Made by a program: the position numbers and the translations under genes. From a virus: a stretch of 64,000 nucleotides of DNA. Location of the stretch: positions 8,158 through 72,157 of the IMG/VR virus record IMGVR_UViG_3300050821_005065; one strand, 5' to 3'. Of the stretch, positions 1 through 9,687 are shown one piece after another (within the stretch, counting starts at the first letter, position 1; every line of letters starts with the position of its first letter). The notes beneath the pieces are model-generated. The model did no database searches. It worked only from the letters and a program-made list of their open reading frames with translations, and was not told where the DNA came from.

Positions 1-1
1 G

Positions 2-871
2 GCTGTTTTTCTCGGCATCCTCACCTCCTGCGAACCCATCCCGGTCTACGCTCAGTTCGTTGTGGCGCCCACCACCGCAGAGTGTGCGACCTCAATTGAT
101 GGATCTGTCGTGGGAACCATTAATCCTCTGTCCCCACCAATTCTGACCACGAGCTTCACCGGCAGCTTATCTGCGGGAAATTACTTCGTCGAAGAGGCTT
201 GGCTCGATTCGTTCGGACATACCACATTGGTCAGTCCGGAAACTCCAGTTCAACTCACCGGCACCGGAGAATTGATTGAGAATATCCCCTCAAGTGGGAT
301 TCCGGCCACGGTCGTCACACGAAAGATTTATATCGGCACAACTTCTGGGTCAGAGACTCTTCAGGGCTCCGCCTCTGGCTCTACTGCTTATACTCAAAGC
401 GTGCCGCTGGTCACGGGAGCGGCAGTTCCGACACTGAATAACACAGTTTGCCAGGTAGTCGCGAACGATGCCGGCTGGCCCACGGGAACCGGTTATCTTG
501 TCTCCCTTACTACTCCCTCGGGTGAAACGGCACCAGGGTATCCTTTGCAAGCCCAATTCCTAGGGCCGGGAAACAACATCAACTTAGGACAAGGTTTCCC
601 GCAGTACAACGGGACAGTGCTGTATCCGATTCCAATCATGGCGCGACCCTACAATCATGGGCCGCAAAGCATCTCGGGAAATCTAACCTTGGGGCCCTAC
701 GCTTTGTCGGCCAACACCATGACGCTTGGCACGAGCGTAACTAATCCCTCTGGAGGAACCAATGTTGTCTATCGCTGCGTTACCGCGGGGTCTACGCTGC
801 CCATTGGATCGTTAACGATCAACGCCGCGGCTTGTGGCAGCACACAGGATACAGGTTTACGAGTTCCGTAA
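2..871 (+). CDS. Exported beta-rich virion/fibre-like protein (5' truncated)
   Basis: Frame is open from base 2 (AVFLGILTSCEPIPVYAQFVVAPTT...), the tail of a signal peptide (YAQ cleavage site or LTSC lipobox). G/T/S-rich, with a GSLSAGNYFV..GHTT..SP module resembling those in the 22645 tail protein. Confidence 0.7.
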   Translation, partial: AVFLGILTSCEPIPVYAQFVVAPTTAECATSIDGSVVGTINPLSPPILTTSFTGSLSAGNYFVEEAWLDSFGHTTLVSPETPVQLTGTGELIENIPSSGIPATVVTRKIYIGTTSGSETLQGSASGSTAYTQSVPLVTGAAVPTLNNTVCQVVANDAGWPTGTGYLVSLTTPSGETAPGYPLQAQFLGPGNNINLGQGFPQYNGTVLYPIPIMARPYNHGPQSISGNLTLGPYALSANTMTLGTSVTNPSGGTNVVYRCVTAGSTLPIGSLTINAAACGSTQDTGLRVP

Positions 872-915
872 CTCCCCGCAATGCCCAGCATCAACCCTTT
901 AACCTTGGAGGAAGC

Positions 916-1338
916 ATGAAATACTCCGACTCAGTAACTTTAGTCCAACGCCAGTCCGATGGCTCAATCACGCGCACGAATGCGCTGGTGCTGGCCTCGG
1001 CAATCCAACCCAAAAACGCCAGCATCCACACAGGTCTCAAGAATCAGCATGGCCTGTTACCCGAAGGCGAGTATCTTGACCTCGCATTCTTAACCCCGAT
1101 GCCAGACGGGCAAGTGTTGAAGACCACGAGCGCGGAAAACTATACGCGACCGGCACATTTAGTCGCACCATGGAAGGACGGCGCGGTGATCGGATGGGAA
1201 CCGAAAGTCGCTCCACCTTCCCCGGACGCCGCGAAGCTTCGCAAGTTTCTGTTCGCGAATTTCAAGAGCGAAACCGGCAACGAAACTCCCGAAGACTGCG
1301 CCATCCGCCTGCTGTCCGCCACTCTCAAAAAGAAGTAG
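916..1338 (+). CDS. Hypothetical protein
   Basis: GGAGG RBS before ATG 916 (MKYSDSV...). Confidence 0.7.
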   Translation: MKYSDSVTLVQRQSDGSITRTNALVLASAIQPKNASIHTGLKNQHGLLPEGEYLDLAFLTPMPDGQVLKTTSAENYTRPAHLVAPWKDGAVIGWEPKVAPPSPDAAKLRKFLFANFKSETGNETPEDCAIRLLSATLKKK

Positions 1339-1343
1339 AACCT

Positions 1344-2372
1344 ATGTCGCGTATCCTCTTTATCGTTAAATTCAGGGAAGACTCTGCGGGGCGCTGTGCC
1401 TACGATGGAACACCAGCCTGTTATGGCGGACTCTATCACTCGGCGCTCTTTGTTGTGCAAATGCTGCGCGCGGCTCATGTCGATGCCAAACTCGTGCAGG
1501 TCTGCGACAACAATGACATCGACCGCGAAGTAGACCGCTACAAGCCCGACATCGTGATTATCGAAGGCTTGTGGGTCATTCCCGAGAAATTCCTGATCCT
1601 GGCGCAACTTCATCCTCGGGTGCGCTGGGTCGTAAGGATTCACAGCGAGATACCCTTCCTGGCCTATGAAGGAATTGCAATTCAATGGGTCGATGGATAT
1701 GTGCGGCAACTACAAGTCTATGTTGCGGCAAATTCGACTTACGCAACCCGCGATTTACAGGTTGTCGTGGGGTCGCGTTACGCCAGTAAGATTCTGTGCC
1801 TCCCGAACTTCTACCCGCTATTGAATCAGGTCGCCAAGCGGCAGAACGCTTTCCTGGATATCGGTTGCTTCGGCGCGCTGCGGCCGCTCAAAAACCAGTT
1901 ATTACAAGGGATAGCCGCAATTGAGTTTGCCGAGCGCGAAAAACGCTCCCTACGCTTCCACATCAATGAACGATGCGAGCAGATGGGCGATTCTGTACTG
2001 AAAAACCTGCGCGCATTGTTTGACGCTCCAGGCCGGGAACTCGTCGAACATAAATGGGAGACGCGGGAGCAATTCCTCGAGACTCTCAGTTGTACCGATA
2101 TCGGAATGCAAGTCTCGTTTTCTGAGACCTTCGACATCACGGCTGCCGACACCGTATCGCTCGGAATTCCCTTGGTGGCCTCGTCCGAAATCGTCTGGGC
2201 CTCGCCGCACGCGCAAGCCTCCGTCACCAATGTAGCCTCCATTGTGCAAAAGTTGCGTGACGTAACTTCCTCGGTCTTCGGTTGGTGGATTCGCAAAGAT
2301 AGCCTCAAGAGGCTTCGTACTTATTGCGATCACAGCCGCGCTACATGGCTTCACTTCGCAGAACAATTTTAG
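1344..2372 (+). CDS. Glycosyltransferase, GT-B/GT4-like
   Basis: KPDIVIIE, VRIHSE, IGCFGALRPLKNQ and SFSETFDITAADTVSLGIPLVAS (GT4 ExF...G.P.V-like motif); start placed at MSRILF. Confidence 0.8.
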   Translation: MSRILFIVKFREDSAGRCAYDGTPACYGGLYHSALFVVQMLRAAHVDAKLVQVCDNNDIDREVDRYKPDIVIIEGLWVIPEKFLILAQLHPRVRWVVRIHSEIPFLAYEGIAIQWVDGYVRQLQVYVAANSTYATRDLQVVVGSRYASKILCLPNFYPLLNQVAKRQNAFLDIGCFGALRPLKNQLLQGIAAIEFAEREKRSLRFHINERCEQMGDSVLKNLRALFDAPGRELVEHKWETREQFLETLSCTDIGMQVSFSETFDITAADTVSLGIPLVASSEIVWASPHAQASVTNVASIVQKLRDVTSSVFGWWIRKDSLKRLRTYCDHSRATWLHFAEQF

Positions 2373-2391
2373 TTTCCAAAGGAGAAACCAC

Positions 2392-3363
2392 ATGAAACGT
2401 ACTTTGACCTCAACTCTAATCGCCCTTGCGCTGGTTGTCGCTTGCATTTGTATTGCGGCCCCGGCGTTCGCCCAAAACTACCCGCCCACCTGGGTCTTCG
2501 CCCGCGATTACAATTACTCGCCGGTCATCGGCCAGCAAGCCAACACCTATACGTTCAATGGGGGAAGTTGCAACTATACTCCCACCGGGGGAAGCGTGAA
2601 CGGCTTGGCGAATCCCATCTTCGATTTCTCAGGGGTCATCGTTTCAACTCCGGTGTACTTTCCGGTGTTCATCAACGATGCGACTCCGACGAATTCCGAG
2701 ATTGTGACGCCCTCGGCAACGTCGAATACTCAGACAGTGTGCGGGTTCACGGCTTCGCCGGCGAACTCTCATACCACCTTCCAGCTTCAGTCGGGAACTG
2801 CCGGCTTGCAGGAAGCCGTCGCTTACCAGATCAACTCAGCGCCAAGCTCCGTGGTGATGCTCGATAAGTCTTGGTACACCTTGCTGACCGGGCTCGGTTC
2901 AACGCCTCCAAGTGCCGCGGCAGTCATCAACGCTTTGACCGGCAGCGCCAACGTGGAGATCGTCGATACCACCACGGCGCCGTGGGTGTCTTACTGCTGG
3001 AATGGGACGAACTACACCCCGTGTGCCAGCAATCAGACCGTGCCTGCAGTAGCGGCTGGTGCGGGCGCCGGAACCGGCCCAACTATTACCGTAGTTGGCA
3101 CTGGCGTATCCGGGATTGTGACTCTGACCACGGGCACCACGCCGACGGCCTCGGCTACCATTTTTACCTTGACCTGGCCCGCGATCGCATCGGGCGGCTT
3201 CCAGTATGCTCCGAGTTGCACCATCTCAACCATCGGGACGCGGGCTTATACCGGAACCAACGCGAGCGTAGCTGGACCTCCGGCAGTCGATACCTACACT
3301 GCGACTTCCACGGCTCTCACGGCTTCAGTGAGCGGCTATAAGTGGTCGTATACCTGCCGATAA
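2392..3363 (+). CDS. Exported T/S/G-rich fibre or decoration-like protein
   Basis: AGGAG RBS; Sec signal MKRTLTSTLIALALVVACICIAAPAFA|Q; 6 Cys in the mature chain; C-terminal VAAGAGAGTGPT..GIVTLTTGT fibre-like domain. Confidence 0.75.
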   Translation: MKRTLTSTLIALALVVACICIAAPAFAQNYPPTWVFARDYNYSPVIGQQANTYTFNGGSCNYTPTGGSVNGLANPIFDFSGVIVSTPVYFPVFINDATPTNSEIVTPSATSNTQTVCGFTASPANSHTTFQLQSGTAGLQEAVAYQINSAPSSVVMLDKSWYTLLTGLGSTPPSAAAVINALTGSANVEIVDTTTAPWVSYCWNGTNYTPCASNQTVPAVAAGAGAGTGPTITVVGTGVSGIVTLTTGTTPTASATIFTLTWPAIASGGFQYAPSCTISTIGTRAYTGTNASVAGPPAVDTYTATSTALTASVSGYKWSYTCR

Positions 3364-3402
3364 GCTGATCGTCGAATCTGGCGAAAGGAATAGGTCTTAG
3401 CC

Positions 3403-5379
3403 ATGCGAATGCGTCTCTGTGCGTTTCTCCTCCTTGGTGCCGTGTTCGCTGCTCCCTTATGGGGGCAGCGGGCCGGACCGCAAAACATTACCGCAGCATC
3501 AGGTGCAGGTTCGTGTGCTTCGGTTCAAATCTCTTCCGGCCAAGCCTCGACCGTTGGGATTCAGATCGTCGGAACTTGGTCAGCCACGCTTCAGCCCCAG
3601 GTTAAAATTGCCGCGCAAACCGCAGTCAACACCACGGTCACGCCGGCGGGCTCGTCATCCTCGCAAGGGACGATCACCGCGAATGGGATCTATACCGCAG
3701 TGGTTGCGGGCATGGATTTCTTTCAAGTCTGTGCGACGGCCTACACCTCGGGAACCGCCACTGTCTATTTCAATCTCTCGAATGGCGTAGCGATCAATCA
3801 GTTAGGCGGAGGAGCTTCCGGCGCGGTTGCGATCACAGTCAACGGGGGAGGAGTCTTAACCTCTCCTGTAAATTTGCAGAACGGCACGAACACCACCGCA
3901 TCAAATTCCGGATCGAACGTCCAATACAACGTTCCCACTGCTACAAGTTCTGTTCTGGGAGTCGTCGAGCCGGACGGAACAACCATCGCCAACACCGCGG
4001 GTGCCATTAAGGTGGCGATCCCGAACTGTATCAGCACAGTCGCCAATCTGGGATTGTGTCCATCCCTGCAAGCCGGGATTCAGGCTGAAGTGACCGACGG
4101 CGCTTCAGTCACGGACTGCACCGTCGGAGGAGGCTCAACCTTGGTCTCCTGCGCTTACAACGGCGCATCGTGGGCGGCAACTTTTCCCGGTGGGTTATCC
4201 GTCGCAGGCAGTCAGTTCGCGGTGCAAACCAACAACGGCTCAGGCGGCCTTGCAGGAATCAATTCTCCAACAACCAACGGTTACTACGGTTGCGGATTCA
4301 ATGTGACAGCAAGCGTAGCAGTTCTTTTTGGCTGCACGCTTCAGGGCGTAGCCATCGACACCAGCAATCCGGCAACTTTACTGTATAACGACCGCGCGGC
4401 CTATGTTGATTGGACTAGCGGCACGGGTTTGGCGCTCCCAGCAATCAGCGGCCAGTTCGGCTCCAACTTCCCCTTCGTTCTAGAAAATAACGCAGGCTCT
4501 ACTTTGACCATTACCCCGAATGCTGGAGCAAGCAATCTTATCGACGGCAGCGCCACGGGAACCTTGCTGCCGGGCTTCGCGGCCTTTGTCTATAGCGATG
4601 GAGTTACGAACTGGGATTCGATCAAGTTCCCGACCTTTGGAGCGTTCCCCGCCTGCACTAATATCCTTCAGTTCAGCACGACCACAGGATTCAACTGTCC
4701 AGCCGCGCCGCCGGTTAATTTGGGCGTGACCAACGTCAAGCCAGCCGCGGATAGCACCTCGACCTTTAGCGTCACCGGGCAAACGTCAGGTACGAACGAC
4801 TTTCAAGTTGATACGACAAACCATCGCACATGTATAGGTTGTGCTGGTGCGGCCCCAGCGGCCGGTTTGGATGTAGGTGGAGGAAAGTTTGAGGTCAACA
4901 ACACCACTGGAGCTTGCCCCGTAATTAACGGATTCACGACAGTAGCTCCTGGCTGCACTCCGTTGATGAGCAACACGGCCAGTGGAACCTTGAATAATAA
5001 TCTAGGTGCCACAACCTTAACGGCCTCGATCGCTGCGACTCACTGGTATGTCGCCGAGTTCGAAGTTGTGCAAGTGGCTGCCGGAACAAGCTGTGCAACC
5101 GCAACATCTTTTGTGGTCAACATCATCGTCCAAGATCCGAATGCAGGCGGGGCGAGCACGGTGCCATTGATTCCGATCGGCACGACCAGTTCGACGATCA
5201 GCATCAGCGCCAGCACAGGGAATGGCGCGGCAGGAGCGCAACTGGCACAGCTTCACTACGCTTGGGCGCAGAAGGCGAGTCAGACGCCGCAGTACAGCGT
5301 TACCGGATATTCGGCAGGAACGGCTTGTTCTCCGGCTCCAACGTTCGCAATCAATCCCATCGTGATGATGACCAAATGA
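3403..5379 (+). CDS. Exported tail-fibre-like protein
   Basis: Signal MRLCAFLLLGAVFAAPLWG|Q; tail-fibre-like repeat PTATSSVLGVVEPDGTTI; 16 Cys in the mature chain. Confidence 0.75.
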   Translation: MRMRLCAFLLLGAVFAAPLWGQRAGPQNITAASGAGSCASVQISSGQASTVGIQIVGTWSATLQPQVKIAAQTAVNTTVTPAGSSSSQGTITANGIYTAVVAGMDFFQVCATAYTSGTATVYFNLSNGVAINQLGGGASGAVAITVNGGGVLTSPVNLQNGTNTTASNSGSNVQYNVPTATSSVLGVVEPDGTTIANTAGAIKVAIPNCISTVANLGLCPSLQAGIQAEVTDGASVTDCTVGGGSTLVSCAYNGASWAATFPGGLSVAGSQFAVQTNNGSGGLAGINSPTTNGYYGCGFNVTASVAVLFGCTLQGVAIDTSNPATLLYNDRAAYVDWTSGTGLALPAISGQFGSNFPFVLENNAGSTLTITPNAGASNLIDGSATGTLLPGFAAFVYSDGVTNWDSIKFPTFGAFPACTNILQFSTTTGFNCPAAPPVNLGVTNVKPAADSTSTFSVTGQTSGTNDFQVDTTNHRTCIGCAGAAPAAGLDVGGGKFEVNNTTGACPVINGFTTVAPGCTPLMSNTASGTLNNNLGATTLTASIAATHWYVAEFEVVQVAAGTSCATATSFVVNIIVQDPNAGGASTVPLIPIGTTSSTISISASTGNGAAGAQLAQLHYAWAQKASQTPQYSVTGYSAGTACSPAPTFAINPIVMMTK

Positions 5380-8300
5380 AGCGCCTCCTTCTCATCTTCG
5401 CGCTGCTGTGCGGCTCGGCCTTCGGGACGACCTATTTCGCGCCCACTTCCGCCGGATCGAACAACGGTACGGACTGCGCGGACGCTTACGCGATTGGGGA
5501 CGTGGCGCACGGTATCAACGTCTCGGGAAATTGGACGGCGGGGAATACCATACACGTCTGTTCGGGAACATATACCGGATCGGCAGGATCGACGCTCATT
5601 ACAGCGGCGGGCAGCGGATCGAGCGGCAATCCGATCAATCTCTATCTCGATCCCGGAGCGGTTCTGACCGCTCCCTACTGGGCGGCAGGAAATGGGGCAA
5701 TCAACATCTCCGGCCAAAGTTGGATTACCGTGGATGGATGGGTGGGTCATTCCTGTGGTTTCGTTAATGCCGTAGATGTGACTTGCGGCGGAGCGATAAT
5801 TGAAAACTCCGCGAATGGCTCGAAGCTTGCCAACCAACAGAATTCCCGTGGAGTATTCGCCGATCCCTGCCAGAACTGCATCGTCCGTGGGATTAATTTT
5901 CAGAATCTCTACGTTCACACCCTGCCACAAGCGGTGACTTCAACCACCATCGTCGGCTCCGGGAACGGCGCTACGATTACGATCAACTGCACGGCATCCT
6001 GTCTCTTTCCGGTTGGAGCTGTCGTCAGCTTAATTCAGACCTCGAACGCGAGCATCAACTCGCACAATGGCTGCGGCCAGCCCATCACGATTACCAACGT
6101 CAGTCCTTCGACGCAGGTTACAGGTACGATCAACTCGACTTTCTGCGGTCTGACTCCGTCCGGCAGTTCCACGGGCGGAGCGGTAGCGGAAGTCGGTATC
6201 TCCAACTCTCAAGTAAACGCGGTTTACTTCTCCGGCCAGAACACACAGGTTTGCAATAACTGGATTTCCAATTCTGCTTGGGCCATAATTGCGCACGCCG
6301 AAACGAATGATACCGGGATTCAAATTTGCCATAATCATATTGACTCCAGCGACCACACCGTCGCCTACTCACCCAACAACGAGACCACGGCTTATACAGC
6401 CTATATCTACGGCAACCACTTCACGAACTTCATGAACTGGGATTCTGGTTGCGGGCCGGAGAATGGAGCCTGTTCAACGTGGGATACGGGATCGAATAAC
6501 TATCACCACGATGGTATCCACTTCTTCGATGGCGGAGTCAGCGTCTCCTACACGATGTTCATTTATAACAACGTGTGTGACGGAACTATTGGAGTGAACG
6601 CAACCGGCTGCTATTTCGCGGAAGGCACGACCTCCTCGAATCTGGCCTCAACAACTTACTATTTCAACAATGTAGCTGTGAGCCAGCCGACCAACACCAG
6701 CGGCCAAGGGCACACGATGTTCGTCGGCGGATGCCTCTCCGGTGGATCGACGCGGAATTGCTTCGTTTACAACAATACGGTGTTATCGGCGGCAAACGCC
6801 TCCGATGTAGCATACGACACCTCCGGCACGGACGCGCTGTTCAAGAATAACGCGGCACAATCCAGCGGCTCATACCTGCAATGGAATAACTGGACGATCA
6901 CAACGCCCTCGACCGACATCGACTACAACGCCTATGCCGATAATGGGCAGTGCGGCGGTAACGGTTGCTGGAATTGGGGCGCTCAAGGCATCGACGCCTC
7001 TAGCCTGGCAGCATGGAAGTCTGCGTGTGTCTGCGATAGCCACGGAGTATACGCGGCTTCACTCGGAATCAATTCCAGTACGTACGTTCCGACGAGTACA
7101 GGATCGTTAGTCTACCATGCCGGAGTCAATCTAACCTCGGTTTGCAGCGGCCAACCCAGTCCCGGTTTAGGCGATTTGTGCTCGGATGCGGCTGGAGTCG
7201 CAAGGCCGAACTCGGCATGGGATGTGGGAGCATTCCAGTTCGGAGTAACTGTCACGGTCGCCACTCCAACGCTCTCTCTGGCAGCGGGAAGTTATGCCAA
7301 CGCGCAAACGACTATCTGTGCAACGAGCACTCCGGGAGCATCCTGCGTCTACACGGCAGATGGCACCACACCAACGGTCTCCGGCACAACCTGCACTGTC
7401 ACAAACGGCAACCTTGCACCGAATAACTACGTGCTCCCGGTAAGTCAGTCAGTGACGATTGCAGTTATTGGTTGCCTCTCTGGAGATACGGCAAGTTCGA
7501 CCGTCTCGGCAGCCTATACCATCACCTATTCCTCGACGATAGCGGCCAGCAACTTCGGTTTACAATGTGGCTTCAGCAATGGAGCGTGCAAGAATCCCTC
7601 TCCTCCGCCGCTGGTCCTGTGGCCGACCTCAATTGCGACACCCTCAGTGGTTCGCATGTTGAGTTCCAACACCGATTGGGCAACGATGCAGCCGAACTCC
7701 AGCGGGATTGTTTACACCGACCTCGACGGCTACCTCGACGCACTGGCGGCGACGGCGCTTGTAAGCGGGAATCCAGCTGCAGCCGACGAGGTATTTATCT
7801 CGGTGCCATGCTATCTAGCAGCCGCTCCGACGCCATGCCCCACGGCCAGCCAGCCGGCGCACGGAACCAATAGTCCGCCCGCCGATCTGGTCGCTTCCGG
7901 ATCTCCATCGTTCAACGCCTTCGTGACAGCGTTCGTTAACCACTGCTCGGTTGCGGGAAATTGCGTCAAAAATCTCATCAAGTATTACGAAATGTGGAAC
8001 GAACCCAACCTGCCTTACTCATGGGCGGGGACGGAACTTCAGTTGGAGCAGATGATTGCTCCTGCGGCACAGATCATCGCGGCCAACGTTCCGAACGCCG
8101 TGATCATGACGCCCTCTTTTAGTTCAGGAGGAAGCGGTTACACCACCTACGCAAGCAACTGGCTAACGTTTGAAAACACGGTTGGACCTTTTTCGAGCAT
8201 CGTCTTGCTGCACGACTACCTTGGGACTTCCATCCCAGAATCCCGCGGCCCGCCTGGTGCCTTTGCCACAGCCGTCCACGGTGTCGCCGGCTGGTCGAAC

Positions 8301-8816
8301 GCGCTATTAGGTAACGACGAAACGAACTGGGCCGCCAGCAATAATTTCAAGTGCGTGGGTTATAGCACCGCCGACTGCATCGGGCAAATCGTGCGATGGC
8401 AACTCATTCAAGCGAGCAAGGGTTACGCAGCCATCTGGTGGTTCGTTTGGAATGGAACCATCGGCAACGGGCCCGTGGGCTACGCCAGCGCTTATTACTG
8501 GGCAGAGCAATATTTGATTGGCGGGCACTTCACCGGGGCGGCCAGTGGCACAGGGACGCCGCCAGTCTGGACGGCTCCGTTCGTCGAAGGCAATGGCAAG
8601 ACGGCGCTGTGGGTGTGGACGACGAGTGAAAGTGGAACGACCTATACGGTGCCGAGCAACTACACGGATTACCGCGACATTTCGGGCGGATCGACTCCGA
8701 TAACAGCGGGAAACAGTATCGCAATCAGCGTGCAGCCCATCATGTTGGAACAAGGTACAAGCGTACTGCCGCCAGCAACGGTGAATGCGGCGATCGCGCT
8801 GTTAGCACAAAACTAA
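5376..8816 (+). CDS. Exported depolymerase-like protein: parallel beta-helix + Fn3-associated domain + clan GH-A (GH39/GH5-like) domain
   Basis: Start ATG 5376 overlaps the upstream stop (ATGA); signal MKRLLLIFALLCGSAFG; Asn-rich beta-helix (HHDGIHF, IYNN, VYNNT) ending ARPNSAWDVGAFQF; VATPTLSLAAGSY..YTADGTTPT domain; YYEMWNEPN acid/base motif. Confidence 0.8.
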   Translation: MKRLLLIFALLCGSAFGTTYFAPTSAGSNNGTDCADAYAIGDVAHGINVSGNWTAGNTIHVCSGTYTGSAGSTLITAAGSGSSGNPINLYLDPGAVLTAPYWAAGNGAINISGQSWITVDGWVGHSCGFVNAVDVTCGGAIIENSANGSKLANQQNSRGVFADPCQNCIVRGINFQNLYVHTLPQAVTSTTIVGSGNGATITINCTASCLFPVGAVVSLIQTSNASINSHNGCGQPITITNVSPSTQVTGTINSTFCGLTPSGSSTGGAVAEVGISNSQVNAVYFSGQNTQVCNNWISNSAWAIIAHAETNDTGIQICHNHIDSSDHTVAYSPNNETTAYTAYIYGNHFTNFMNWDSGCGPENGACSTWDTGSNNYHHDGIHFFDGGVSVSYTMFIYNNVCDGTIGVNATGCYFAEGTTSSNLASTTYYFNNVAVSQPTNTSGQGHTMFVGGCLSGGSTRNCFVYNNTVLSAANASDVAYDTSGTDALFKNNAAQSSGSYLQWNNWTITTPSTDIDYNAYADNGQCGGNGCWNWGAQGIDASSLAAWKSACVCDSHGVYAASLGINSSTYVPTSTGSLVYHAGVNLTSVCSGQPSPGLGDLCSDAAGVARPNSAWDVGAFQFGVTVTVATPTLSLAAGSYANAQTTICATSTPGASCVYTADGTTPTVSGTTCTVTNGNLAPNNYVLPVSQSVTIAVIGCLSGDTASSTVSAAYTITYSSTIAASNFGLQCGFSNGACKNPSPPPLVLWPTSIATPSVVRMLSSNTDWATMQPNSSGIVYTDLDGYLDALAATALVSGNPAAADEVFISVPCYLAAAPTPCPTASQPAHGTNSPPADLVASGSPSFNAFVTAFVNHCSVAGNCVKNLIKYYEMWNEPNLPYSWAGTELQLEQMIAPAAQIIAANVPNAVIMTPSFSSGGSGYTTYASNWLTFENTVGPFSSIVLLHDYLGTSIPESRGPPGAFATAVHGVAGWSNALLGNDETNWAASNNFKCVGYSTADCIGQIVRWQLIQASKGYAAIWWFVWNGTIGNGPVGYASAYYWAEQYLIGGHFTGAASGTGTPPVWTAPFVEGNGKTALWVWTTSESGTTYTVPSNYTDYRDISGGSTPITAGNSIAISVQPIMLEQGTSVLPPATVNAAIALLAQN

Positions 8817-8839
8817 AAAGAGAAGAGAGGAATCACAAA

Positions 8840-9220
8840 ATGAAACGAATCCTGCTGGCAGTTCTGGTTCTCATGCTGGGGGTAGTCGCACAAGCCCAGG
8901 CATCATCGCCTTGCGGAGTTGTACCGACTCCGGGCGCTCCGCATGTGTGCTTTAGCTGGTCCGCGTCCCCGACGCAAGGCGTGGCCTATAACGTCTACCG
9001 GGCGACGACTTCCGGTGGAGAGAATTACGCGACTCCGCTCAACGCGGTGCCGCTGACCACGCTATACTTTTATGACACGACTGTGGTTGACGGAACAAAA
9101 TACTTCTACACGGTGACCGCCGAGACTGGAGGTGCGCAAAGCTTGCCTTCTCCAGAGGCAAGCTCAATAGTCCCAGTGCCTCCTTCTGCCCCGACATCCC
9201 CCGCAGCTATCATTGATTAA
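8840..9220 (+). CDS. Exported fibronectin type III-like protein
   Basis: Signal MKRILLAVLVLMLGVVAQA|Q; Fn3 pattern SW.AS..YNVYR..D.TV..G.KYFYTVTA..S.PS. Confidence 0.8.
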   Translation: MKRILLAVLVLMLGVVAQAQASSPCGVVPTPGAPHVCFSWSASPTQGVAYNVYRATTSGGENYATPLNAVPLTTLYFYDTTVVDGTKYFYTVTAETGGAQSLPSPEASSIVPVPPSAPTSPAAIID

Positions 9221-9265
9221 GTGTCAAACAACCTCGTATCCCAAAATGTAAAACAGGAGGAAACC

Positions 9266-9538
9266 ATGAACGCATTCTTGACCTATGTAAAGGCGAACTG
9301 GAAGACGAACTTGGCGGCAGTGGCCGCATTCGCTTATTCGGTGCCTCAGTTCGTCACCGCCATTACCGCATGGCAGGCCGGACAACAGCCAAACTGGCAC
9401 GCTGCGGTTATCAGCATCATTGTGGCTGCTGGACTTGCTGCTGCCAAGGACGGCACGAATCATTCCACGATGGCCCAAGTGAAAGCCTCGACTGCTGCTG
9501 TAGAGGAATCTAAGGCTACGGCGACGGGTACTCCCTAA
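9266..9538 (+). CDS. Holin-like small membrane protein
   Basis: AGGAGG RBS; NWKT N-terminus, two hydrophobic segments ending GLAAAKD; next to the lysis genes. Confidence 0.6.
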   Translation: MNAFLTYVKANWKTNLAAVAAFAYSVPQFVTAITAWQAGQQPNWHAAVISIIVAAGLAAAKDGTNHSTMAQVKASTAAVEESKATATGTP

Positions 9539-9546
9539 CCAATGAA

Positions 9547-9687
9547 ATGCAGCCGAAAGAACTAACGATCCTCGCGAGGAAGATTCGCGAACTGGAGCGG
9601 AACATCGAGATCAATCCGAAAGGCGGTCTCGTGCTCGCAATGAAAGCTAGAATCGCGCAGTTGAAGAAGCAGTTGGAGGGAAAATGA
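9547..9687 (+). CDS. Small hypothetical protein (46 aa, MQPKELTILARKIRELE...)
   Basis: Read manually; fills the gap and overlaps the next start via ATGA. Confidence 0.55.
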   Translation: MQPKELTILARKIRELERNIEINPKGGLVLAMKARIAQLKKQLEGK

